A stretch of DNA of 63,995 nt, filler included, from Stramenopiles sp. TOSAG23-3 (GCA_900128585.1; 5 parts of 5 records of this genome joined end to end with filler, not necessarily neighbours in it), one strand, 5' to 3'. Positions 55,429 to 63,840 are shown, counted from the first letter of the whole stretch. Notes: generated from the letters alone by a model not told the origin. Program-made: numbers and translations.

Positions 55429-55887
55429 CTATTTTTGATGCCAGTACATAGCCATGAGCACCGCGTCTGCAATGTCGTCTTTTTTCTTGTGCTTTAAAAA
55501 TCGTTCCAATTGTACGGTCGTGAAAAACTTTGGGACCAACTGAATACTGGCCTTTTTGTTCTTTTTGTAATCGGACATTGAAATTTTGAAATGTTTTTTC
55601 ACGCGTATGGGTGCCAGCATGTACGATTTTTCCCAAAAGAAACAACGCAACGCACAAGCAATCAGTTTCATACGAGACTGCATCTGACGCTCAATCAATA
55701 CAACGTCGCAATTGTCGAAAATGCTGGTATTATCGACGAGTGTGCGTGCGATGTACGCGTAATCTTTGCGTTTGTTTTTCGGTACCATATCCCAAATGCA
55801 GATGGAATCAAACTCCACCAACTCGCCATTGTCCACGATAGCATATCCCATGTTCCTCAGGCCCGGGTCACAACTAACGATTCGCAT
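55429..55887 (-). CDS. Holliday junction resolvase (RuvC/poxvirus A22-like)
   Basis: SCDPGLRNMG, VLIERQ, KKDDIADA acidic catalytic residues. Confidence 0.92.
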   Translation of the reverse strand: MRIVSCDPGLRNMGYAIVDNGELVEFDSICIWDMVPKNKRKDYAYIARTLVDNTSIFDNCDVVLIERQMQSRMKLIACALRCFFWEKSYMLAPIRVKKHFKISMSDYKKNKKASIQLVPKFFTTVQLERFLKHKKKDDIADAVLMAMYWHQK

Positions 55888-55923
55888 TATTTACGATATA
55901 TAAAGTAGAATATATACCCTGTA

Positions 55924-56037
55924 ATGGATTCTCCCGTCTTTCGAATTGATAGCGATGATTTTGAACCCGAACCAGAGCCAAAAGATGTGTATGAAAACAA
56001 AATCGATGATGTCAATATTGCCATTGGCATTTCGTAA
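55924..56037 (+). CDS. 37-aa acidic microprotein (absent from the ORF track)
   Basis: MDSPVFRIDSDDFEPEPEPKDVYENKIDDVNIAIGIS*; TATATAAAG 27 nt upstream; fills the gap between two genes. Confidence 0.55.
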   Translation: MDSPVFRIDSDDFEPEPEPKDVYENKIDDVNIAIGIS

Positions 56038-56053
56038 AAAAACATACGTTAAG

Positions 56054-57166
56054 TTACAGTTTTAATTTACAGCTTTTTTCTTTGCATACCTCAAAATTAT
56101 ACTCCTTTTGAAGAATTTTCGGTATCGCTACGTTACTGAAAACAAGTGACGTATTGTACTCCCTCCCAGTTTTCTTTCCGCCCGTATTGTGTATGATAAA
56201 CCATGTATTGGCCTCCTTCGCTATCGTTGTACCATTGCGGTATGAAATTCTCCATGCTCTGGAACTGTACTTCTTTCCTTCCGTTTTCTCACGCTTCGTA
56301 CCACTTTCCGTACATCCAACACATCTGTATTTCTCTTGGAAGGGACAGGCACCTCCTGTTTTATGCTGCCATATACACACACCAATCCAATCCTTATCTC
56401 CTGTTAATTCTATGTACGGTTTGTACTTGCCTTTGCAGTTGATAAACGAAGCACACCCGCCCAAGGTCTCAGGAACGTATAAGTTTGGTTTCTTCTGTGT
56501 TTTCAGGTATTTGCGTATGGTTTTTTTGACATTGCTGGTGGGAAATAATTCGTTACTTTTGCTTATGCCAGAAGGTATCAGGTTTTTCAATCCATCTACA
56601 CCATTTTTTAATGTTATCTCTACAATGTCTTGGTACACCATAGAGGCTTCACGGTAAGTTCCCCCATCGATGCTCATAAACGTATCTGGAAATCGGCCGT
56701 CCATTTGTCCTAACATCCTAATCAAATTGTTCGCCCAGTACGTTTTGCCACTAGCAGATGGACCAAACCCCATGATGAGTCTACCGCCACCGTCAAAGTT
56801 AAGAATGGTAAACATGTCTTTGTCCTCTTTCCATATTCCAGTAATATCCTTCTTTTCTCCTGTAAAATTTAGCTTCAACCGTTTCTTGTTCAACATGGAC
56901 ATGCTAAGGCATCTCAGGATATAAGCCGTAGAGTTTATTTCTACATCCACGTATTCTTTTGCTACCGTTTTACAACCGTCAAGACATTCGTCCCATTTCC
57001 CTTTATTTAATCGTCGAACTTGATCTTGAAACAGATTTTTAAAAGTCGTTCGAAAAGCGCGGACGGTTCCGGGAAAAGACTTTGCTACAACTGTGCGTGA
57101 TGGATCTTCGCCATCGAAATCAATATCTAAATAACTTAATCTATTCGGGGCTGCAAACCCGGCCAT
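56054..57166 (-). CDS. P-loop NTPase/kinase, zeta-toxin-like
   Basis: Walker A GFGPSASGKT followed by MSIDGGTYRE. Confidence 0.7.
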   Translation of the reverse strand: MAGFAAPNRLSYLDIDFDGEDPSRTVVAKSFPGTVRAFRTTFKNLFQDQVRRLNKGKWDECLDGCKTVAKEYVDVEINSTAYILRCLSMSMLNKKRLKLNFTGEKKDITGIWKEDKDMFTILNFDGGGRLIMGFGPSASGKTYWANNLIRMLGQMDGRFPDTFMSIDGGTYREASMVYQDIVEITLKNGVDGLKNLIPSGISKSNELFPTSNVKKTIRKYLKTQKKPNLYVPETLGGCASFINCKGKYKPYIELTGDKDWIGVCIWQHKTGGACPFQEKYRCVGCTESGTKREKTEGKKYSSRAWRISYRNGTTIAKEANTWFIIHNTGGKKTGREYNTSLVFSNVAIPKILQKEYNFEVCKEKSCKLKL

Positions 57167-57205
57167 TATATATTTAGATATCGTAGGTTATATACTTGTA
57201 GACAT

Positions 57206-57547
57206 TTAAAATTTCCATCTCTTGCCACATTCGGAACAGTAGCAGAATACCGTGGCAGACTCGTCCGCTGAACGTGTCTGTTTTTCAACACGGTGAATTT
57301 TCTTGCTCTTGCATTTTGGACATGTGATATCTCCGTCCACCATGACTTCCTCTACCACCTGTTCGATTGGTTCGTATTCTTGAATGGCCTCGTAGAGTCC
57401 CATTTTGCTGCACAGTCTTCGAATGACAATCGGGTACTTCTTCGGGCAATGGTTAAACGCTTGTTCCTCCAGCTCGTACGCCTTCTGTTTTTCAAAATAC
57501 CCGCAAAGAACTTCTCGTGCAGCATTACGATAATTGTTTAAAGCCAT
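57206..57547 (-). CDS. TFIIS: Transcription elongation factor TFIIS (short viral form)
   Basis: CPKC...QTRSADE...CSECGKRWKF zinc ribbon; likely start MALNN at 57547. Confidence 0.93.
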   Translation of the reverse strand: MALNNYRNAAREVLCGYFEKQKAYELEEQAFNHCPKKYPIVIRRLCSKMGLYEAIQEYEPIEQVVEEVMVDGDITCPKCKSKKIHRVEKQTRSADESATVFCYCSECGKRWKF

Positions 57548-57591
57548 ATCGGTGATTTTTACAATATAAATAGTCAAATTTATAATATAAA
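57548..57591. promoter_or_regulatory. Bidirectional TATA-rich promoter between TFIIS and TBP
   Basis: 44-nt spacer with TATAAATA (+) at 57565 and TATAAA (-) at 57584-57579. Confidence 0.65.
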
Positions 57592-58275
57592 ATGCCAAAG
57601 AAAAAGAAGAAACAAAACTTAGATTTTCATAAATTGAAACAGACGAACCAAGGAGTTGTCATTCCAAAATGCCATTTGCAAAATGTAGTGAGTACTTTTA
57701 GTCTCGGCTGTACCGGTTTGAATCTCCATCGTATAGCTTTGGAACATGGCTGTATCGAATTCAATCCTCAGAACTTTGCAGCTGCCACTATACGAACTGC
57801 AAAATTACGCACCACGGCGCTTGCATTCGCTAGTGGGAACATGGTAGTAACAGGGTCCAAGTCCACCTTGGAGTCTAGACTTGCTGCTCGGAAGTACGTC
57901 CGTATTTTCCAAACTATGGGAATTCCGGTGATGTTCAAAGATTTCAAAATTCAAAACGTAGTTGCGTCCGCTAATGCCGGCTTTCCCATCAAACTGCAAG
58001 ACATTGCGAACCAGTACGGTCTGTACTGTTCGTTTACGCCCGACCTCTTCCCCGGACTGATTTTCCGAAGTATCAATCCTAAGCTGGTGTTCTTAATTTT
58101 TAGAAGTGGAAAGTGTATCATTACAGGAGGACGTAACGTCAACGATATCAACCGCACGTATGAATCTCTCTACCGGAATATCCTGTTGAATTATCGAGAT
58201 ACCGAGAACACGGAGACATCATCGTCGCACTACAGAAATCAATTGCGTAAAGAAAGAATCACCGCTGATTTATGA
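57592..58275 (+). CDS. TBP: TATA-box binding protein
   Basis: Two repeats: LQNVVSTF..EFNPQNFAAATIR..FASGNMVVTGSKS and KIQNVVAS..PDLFPGLIFR..IFRSGKCIITG; N-terminal PKKKKK NLS-like. Confidence 0.95.
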   Translation: MPKKKKKQNLDFHKLKQTNQGVVIPKCHLQNVVSTFSLGCTGLNLHRIALEHGCIEFNPQNFAAATIRTAKLRTTALAFASGNMVVTGSKSTLESRLAARKYVRIFQTMGIPVMFKDFKIQNVVASANAGFPIKLQDIANQYGLYCSFTPDLFPGLIFRSINPKLVFLIFRSGKCIITGGRNVNDINRTYESLYRNILLNYRDTENTETSSSHYRNQLRKERITADL

Positions 58276-58305
58276 AAGTATAAATACTATGGTCATAGCA
58301 TTCAA

Positions 58306-58674
58306 ATGGATGCTCAGGTAGTGGGTACTATAGGTGCGGTACTCTCGATGGTCAGTAATGTTCCACAGGTGTACAAGGTTAGGAATCCAAATAGCACGGC
58401 AGACCTTCATTCCTATACAGTAACCATGCATCTTTTATCTGCTTTTGTATGGAGTGTCTATGGGTTTATGCTAAACTTGTACATCTTAGCCATAGAAAGC
58501 GGTATTTGCGGAGTTTTACACCTCTTAATCTTGTTAGCAATGCACAGAGACGGTAATTTGTGTTTTAACAAACAAAAAAGAGAGTATTTAAGTAAATCGA
58601 TACCTAATAAAAATGAAATTCCAGTGTGTGAACTTACGAAAGAAAGGTCAATTGAGTCCAACGACATTCAATAA
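58306..58674 (+). CDS. SemiSWEET/PQ-loop transporter (3 TM)
   Basis: VPQVYKV..STADL..VWSVYG pattern with three hydrophobic helices. Confidence 0.85.
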   Translation: MDAQVVGTIGAVLSMVSNVPQVYKVRNPNSTADLHSYTVTMHLLSAFVWSVYGFMLNLYILAIESGICGVLHLLILLAMHRDGNLCFNKQKREYLSKSIPNKNEIPVCELTKERSIESNDIQ

Positions 58675-59509
58675 CGATGCCATAGACGTTGAGAATGCAT
58701 ATTTCTTCCCGGCAAGTCTCACGGAGGAGTTTGGGAAGCTCTTAATGGTCTTAAAACAACCGTACAAGAAGAAAGACAAATTGTTTCTGAAACTGTCTTG
58801 GCTGAAAGAATTGAAGAAAACCGAAGAAGATGGCGATTGCGTGGAAAGAGTTAATAACTACATTAAGAACCTCGGTTTACCGCTTACATTGAGTGATACG
58901 TTTCCAACGGTACAAGCTCGATTGCATAAAACAAGCCATATGTCTGGTCTGTACTTTTATAAAGACCAAGCCTTTAGTGCTGAAGGCGTCTATCTTAGGA
59001 AGGCAAGCGACATTGAAGCTATCTTCTGTGAGCGCGTGACCTCTTACACAAAGACGTTCGATGTTACCTTTGTTTTAAAAGGTAATAAATTTGAGACCCA
59101 TTCGTGCGTTGACAGAAAGAAAATGTCAACTTTGAGTAGTTGGGCCAAAGACAACAAGGTTGAATTCTACCAGACAGGTCCGGACCCGCTTCAATGGCGT
59201 GTGTTGTTCACACACCGATCCAATAAATCATGGAAACAGATACATGAGATGTTAACACAAACCCATTCGGAAAGTGAAGAAGAGAGCGAGTGGGAAGAAA
59301 ACCACACCGAGGAAAGCGACGACAGTTTTTCCGAAACGGACTACCCAGATGAAGAAGATCTGACCGATGAGATTGAGTCTGAAAATTCCGACTTTGACAG
59401 CAGCTCTGAGGACGAAATTTTCGATGTGCGAGGTGGAAGTAACAAGCGTGTATGGTACGATTCTGACGATTCCGACTACGAGCCTTCAAATAAAAAAAGG
59501 AAGAAATAA
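58613..59509 (+). CDS. SPT16 (FACT)-like protein: tandem-PH middle domain, acidic tail and NLS
   Basis: IEAIFCERVTSYTKTFDVTFVLK...LSSWAKDNKVEFYQTGPDPLQW aligns by eye with SPT16 [23 protein letters not shown]...[22 protein letters not shown]/E/S tail ending PSNKKRKK. Confidence 0.72.
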   Translation: MKFQCVNLRKKGQLSPTTFNNDAIDVENAYFFPASLTEEFGKLLMVLKQPYKKKDKLFLKLSWLKELKKTEEDGDCVERVNNYIKNLGLPLTLSDTFPTVQARLHKTSHMSGLYFYKDQAFSAEGVYLRKASDIEAIFCERVTSYTKTFDVTFVLKGNKFETHSCVDRKKMSTLSSWAKDNKVEFYQTGPDPLQWRVLFTHRSNKSWKQIHEMLTQTHSESEEESEWEENHTEESDDSFSETDYPDEEDLTDEIESENSDFDSSSEDEIFDVRGGSNKRVWYDSDDSDYEPSNKKRKK

Positions 59510-59543
59510 AATATAGTATAAGCTTAACATTTTTTGTAATCAA

Positions 59544-60341
59544 ATGACCGACTGGAACAGCGTAATAACCAGAATAGCAACGGGAAAAATGACACGAATT
59601 AACAGCGGTTCTAACAAAACAATTTATTTAGACCCTGACGACGAGAAAGTATACGCAAAGGAGGTAGCGAGCAAATATACGCAAGGTACAAAGGTTTTGG
59701 AACTACTGAGAGCTCTTGCAGCTAAGCACGATGTTATCCGGCAGCATATTTTAATTCCTGAAGACGCGTATGAACACATAGAGGCAGGGTACCGTTATTA
59801 TGTAATGCCCTACTGTGCTGCTGACTTGGATATAAAATCCGGAAGAACTAAAAGATTTTTGGGCAAGTACACCTTAGATCGGCTGGAACAGAATTTTTCA
59901 GCACTGGAACAAACCGTAACACTGTTGCATAAAAATGGTCTAAGTTGCTTGGACATAAAGCCGGCCAACATGCTCTTCGTTTGTGGAAAGAACGACACAT
60001 TCATTAAGTTGACCGATCTGGACTCTTCTCTAATCGATGGGGAAGGAAGCCATGCCCAAACGCTAAACTATTACTATTTGAGATTTGGTGATAACTATAA
60101 GAAACAAGACTTGTTTGCATTGTACAAAAGTATTATTGAAATTTTGAACGGGAGAACAGTGGATGTCTGGAATTACAAACCAATGCTATTTAACAAGACA
60201 GTGCGGGACTGGACAAACACTGTGCGAGCAAATGTTCGTGAACCGCATAAACTGATGGAAAAGTATTTATTGAAATTAGAGCAGTTAGAAGGCAGTTCGA
60301 ATCAGTTGCAATCCCCTAGAGGTACGTATCTTAAATATTAA
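59544..60341 (+). CDS. Divergent Ser/Thr protein kinase
   Basis: SGSNKTIY, YAKE, YVMPYC, LDIKPANML, KLTDLD, QDLFAL. Confidence 0.85.
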   Translation: MTDWNSVITRIATGKMTRINSGSNKTIYLDPDDEKVYAKEVASKYTQGTKVLELLRALAAKHDVIRQHILIPEDAYEHIEAGYRYYVMPYCAADLDIKSGRTKRFLGKYTLDRLEQNFSALEQTVTLLHKNGLSCLDIKPANMLFVCGKNDTFIKLTDLDSSLIDGEGSHAQTLNYYYLRFGDNYKKQDLFALYKSIIEILNGRTVDVWNYKPMLFNKTVRDWTNTVRANVREPHKLMEKYLLKLEQLEGSSNQLQSPRGTYLKY

Positions 60342-60346
60342 TTACT

Positions 60347-61057
60347 TTATACGTTAATCCATTGCATACCATTCCATACACGATTGTAGATAACTTTACC
60401 TCCTTTGCTACAGTTCTCGGTACCCCATAATGGCTGGAGGTTGGTGTAATGAAAACATTGTCTCTGCTGTTCGGGATCGCTCAAGTCAAAGGAAGCACAA
60501 GGCATCATATGATCGACGTGCCATTTCCCTTGGTTCTCCCATGTCATTCCGGGCTGGAATTGCTTTTCCAGATGGTCCTTTGCATGCGTGTACGAACAGC
60601 CCAGTAATTTCATGGTACTAGCGCTCTTGAGCTTGCCTTTGAGTGCATGATATAAACGACAACGTAAATTCTTTTTTATCTTGTACAATGGATCGGTTTT
60701 TGTCCGTTCCCTACAACGTGCATTGACTCGTTTCTTGTTTTCCGGGCGTTGTCTGTACTCCTTGTTGTATAAATCATATTTCTCCCGGTTGTTTTGAACC
60801 CACTCCCTGTGTTTTGCACTGTTTTTCTCCGGATTGTTTTGTTTCCACTTCCTCGTTCTTTCACGACATTTTTCCCTGTTGTTTTCCCGCCACTTCCTGC
60901 CACTTGCACGGCATTTCTCTCTGTTGTTTTGTTTCCACTTTCTCTCTCTTGTATTTTTGCACACTTTGCATTGCTGAAACAGGCCATCCGGGTTTCGGGA
61001 ACGCTTGCCAAACTCCGTGAGTTCTTTCGTTTGTTTGCATTTGGTACAATACTTCAT
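60347..61057 (-). CDS. Free-standing HNH endonuclease with N-terminal zinc finger and basic repeats
   Basis: KYCTKCKQTKELTEF..CKVC; repeated KWKQNNREK; WHVDHMMPC...FHYTNLQPLW..N.SK typical of giant-virus HNH nucleases. Confidence 0.88.
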   Translation of the reverse strand: MKYCTKCKQTKELTEFGKRSRNPDGLFQQCKVCKNTRERKWKQNNREKCRASGRKWRENNREKCRERTRKWKQNNPEKNSAKHREWVQNNREKYDLYNKEYRQRPENKKRVNARCRERTKTDPLYKIKKNLRCRLYHALKGKLKSASTMKLLGCSYTHAKDHLEKQFQPGMTWENQGKWHVDHMMPCASFDLSDPEQQRQCFHYTNLQPLWGTENCSKGGKVIYNRVWNGMQWINV

Positions 61058-61058
61058 T

Positions 61059-61784
61059 TTAATGCTTAAAATCACTATACGCTAGAATGTTGGTGTAATC
61101 TCTGGTAAATTCTACTCTTGGAACTCGTATTCCTTCTGTATTTGCGGACCGGAGCAAAAAATATAGTCCGGAGTAACTTGACACGTGCCAAACGGAATGC
61201 ATTATAGAATAGTTCGGAGACTGGTGATTTCCATCGAGTAAAAAGAACGATGTACCAATAATCCCAACAACCAAAGCCAATATCATGAAACCTGTGTCAC
61301 GGTTAGGGGTAGGGTTACATACGCGGTATAGCACATACAGGGTCACACCAGCGTTGAATAAAGAAGAAATTCCCAAGTAAACCATCTGGGATTGCCAGAA
61401 ATTTGTGTATATAATGGTAAGTGTAAAAAGCAAAGGGAGCGTCCACTCCGGTATTTTCTTGTATACAACCATAATACCTATCAAAAACATAGTCAGGTTC
61501 GCATTTGCAATATCGAGAGGCTCCATGCTGTCCACATTCCAATCGTAAATCACCGCGATGTGAAAAGCAACGCTTACAAAAACACCTATGGCTACCGTAA
61601 TTGCCACCCACATTGTTTCCCACAGTACAATCACCAAAGCAATAGCTGGTAAATGCGTTAACACGATCAGTACATGTTGAATCTCTTTGGGAACTTCAAC
61701 GCCAGCGAGTACTAAAACGCCCACCGCGATAGTGTACAATATAAGGAAAACTAACTTAAATTTATCCAAAGCTAGTAGTTTCAT
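61059..61784 (-). CDS. CREST-superfamily multi-TM protein, TMEM8/myomaker-like
   Basis: About 7-8 TM; SVAFH (SxxxH), downstream LD, NYSIMHSVWH (HxxxH). Confidence 0.75.
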   Translation of the reverse strand: MKLLALDKFKLVFLILYTIAVGVLVLAGVEVPKEIQHVLIVLTHLPAIALVIVLWETMWVAITVAIGVFVSVAFHIAVIYDWNVDSMEPLDIANANLTMFLIGIMVVYKKIPEWTLPLLFTLTIIYTNFWQSQMVYLGISSLFNAGVTLYVLYRVCNPTPNRDTGFMILALVVGIIGTSFFLLDGNHQSPNYSIMHSVWHVSSYSGLYFLLRSANTEGIRVPRVEFTRDYTNILAYSDFKH

Positions 61785-61810
61785 TTTAAACTATATATCT
61801 GTAATTTATA

Positions 61811-63325
61811 CTATGTCCTCACTAATGAATTTGCGCTCGGATCTTTTTCGAACTTACTCCACCCATGTGCTGTTGAACTTGAACAAGCTACAGTATCGTG
61901 ATGATACTTACACGTCTTTTCGCCAATCGGAAAACAGCCGTTGAAGATGTCTCGGTACATTAAAGCTTCTTTTGTTTGTGGAGGTTGATAACTGTATTCA
62001 TGGTTCATACTTTTGTATTTTTTCTCTGCATAGTGTTTCAATCCATCGATCCATTTTCTTCCCACAGCATCACTGAATTGGGCCTTTGTACGGTTGTAAA
62101 TGGCCGGATGCAAGACGTCTTGAAACGCTTCTCTCAAAATCTGTTTCTCCATCATTGTATCACTCATTTTGTAAGTTGGGTTTATCGACATTGCGTAATG
62201 CACGAAGGCTTTATCAAGAAAGGGAACTCGACACTCGATCCCCACAGACGCACAGGTTTTGTTAGTCCTACAGCAATCGTAATAGTGGAGATCGTTCATT
62301 TTACGAACGCATTCTTCATGAAGCGCCAGTGGCGTCGGCGCGAACTTATTGTACAGGTAACCGCCAAACAGTTCATCGGATCCTTCGCCAGAAAGCATGA
62401 CTTTGATTCCATGCTTCTTCACAATAGCAGCTAATATTAACTGAGGTACACTGGCTCGCACGGTAGTAACATCGTAAGTCTCGATGGCATAGATGGTCTG
62501 TTCCAACAGATCAATACCTTCTTGCACGGTGTACGTATATTCATGATGAATAGTGTCGCACCGTTTTGCAATGAACGCGCTCTGCTTCCTTGCCATTTCT
62601 ACATCTGGCGAGCCTTCTAAACCGATGGTGAAGGTATGAATAGTTGGGTACCCTTTGGGTAATTTGATAGTTGTTAAGATTCCCGCGATTATCGATGAAT
62701 CGAGTCCACCGCTTAAAAACACGCCCCATGGGACATTGGGCAATCGCTTTCTCACCGCCATTGTCAATATGTTCTTGGTTGTGATGAGCAGGTGCGTTGA
62801 TAGTGTAGGAATGGGGTACTCGCTCGTGAACTTTTTAAACGCTCGTTGTTTCGAGCTGTATATTGATCCGGGTTTTACGATATTCACTTCTTCACAGAAT
62901 TTCAACGCTTTTAATTCAGACGCAAACCATCGGTGTTTGCCGCTGAAGCCGGTGTACAATGGTACCACGCCAATAGCGTCTCTGGCGGCGTAGAACTCGT
63001 TTGTGTCAACGTTGTACAGTACGTATGCGAACACACCATCTAAATGTTTGGGAGTCTCGACAGGTCCGTACTTGTCTAGGTTCATTAAGATGGTATTGGC
63101 GTCCATGTTGTTGTATATTTCACCATTGAAAACAAGCCTCCAATTTCCATGTTTAATCGGTTGTGAATTAGTGGCGGGTTTCACGATGGCCAATCTGGTG
63201 TGTCCCATTGTGAATTTATCATGGAAAATTACGTTGGACTCGTCTGGACCCCTGTTACTTAGAGTATCGAAGCATTGGATGAATTCAGAGGTTTTGGTGG
63301 ATGTAGTGAAAAGTATCCCGCACAT
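61811..63325 (-). CDS. asnB: Asparagine synthetase B (glutamine-hydrolysing)
   Basis: Ntn N-terminus MCGI at 63325, RGPD, NGEIYN, LSGGLDSS, SGEGSDELFGGY, RVPFLD. Confidence 0.95.
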   Translation of the reverse strand: MCGILFTTSTKTSEFIQCFDTLSNRGPDESNVIFHDKFTMGHTRLAIVKPATNSQPIKHGNWRLVFNGEIYNNMDANTILMNLDKYGPVETPKHLDGVFAYVLYNVDTNEFYAARDAIGVVPLYTGFSGKHRWFASELKALKFCEEVNIVKPGSIYSSKQRAFKKFTSEYPIPTLSTHLLITTKNILTMAVRKRLPNVPWGVFLSGGLDSSIIAGILTTIKLPKGYPTIHTFTIGLEGSPDVEMARKQSAFIAKRCDTIHHEYTYTVQEGIDLLEQTIYAIETYDVTTVRASVPQLILAAIVKKHGIKVMLSGEGSDELFGGYLYNKFAPTPLALHEECVRKMNDLHYYDCCRTNKTCASVGIECRVPFLDKAFVHYAMSINPTYKMSDTMMEKQILREAFQDVLHPAIYNRTKAQFSDAVGRKWIDGLKHYAEKKYKSMNHEYSYQPPQTKEALMYRDIFNGCFPIGEKTCKYHHDTVACSSSTAHGWSKFEKDPSANSLVRT

Positions 63326-63333
63326 TTTCAAAG

Positions 63334-63732
63334 TCAGTAACGACTTAAATACCGTCGAAATGAATTGGTCCAATGGTGTCGATCTCTGTAGATGATTTGT
63401 GTCTTATTTCGTGCGTGTAAAATGCTGTAGATGACCTTATTCACACACGCGGGTTCTTTCACGTCGTTGCAGAGTTGTTTTACACAGTAATGCAATTCGT
63501 TTAGGTCGTCGTCTGGAGTTGTCAGGTGATTATAATGGTAATTCGGCTCTTTGCGAACATATAAACTTTCAAAAATGTCGCTCCCTCTACAATCAAATTT
63601 CTCCCAGACGTCCGTGTAGTAGTCGATAAATCGGTATATAACCTCGTCAGTTAGAGGTTCCTCAATTTCTTCCTCGCTTTCATAAGTGGACTCTTCAGAA
63701 GACGTCTCTTTATCGTATTTTTTTCTAGTCAT
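63334..63732 (-). CDS. Viral hypothetical protein with acidic N-terminus
   Basis: 132-aa ATG ORF; its 3' end contains the asnB promoter motif. Confidence 0.65.
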   Translation of the reverse strand: MTRKKYDKETSSEESTYESEEEIEEPLTDEVIYRFIDYYTDVWEKFDCRGSDIFESLYVRKEPNYHYNHLTTPDDDLNELHYCVKQLCNDVKEPACVNKVIYSILHARNKTQIIYRDRHHWTNSFRRYLSRY

Positions 63733-63840
63733 AACTTAAATAAAATCACTTTGGTAAATTAATTGTTCTTTAAATAAGACGTTTTTGTTTTTTAAATTTC
63801 ACCATTTATTCTTTACTCTTCCTACTTTAATATTTTATAA

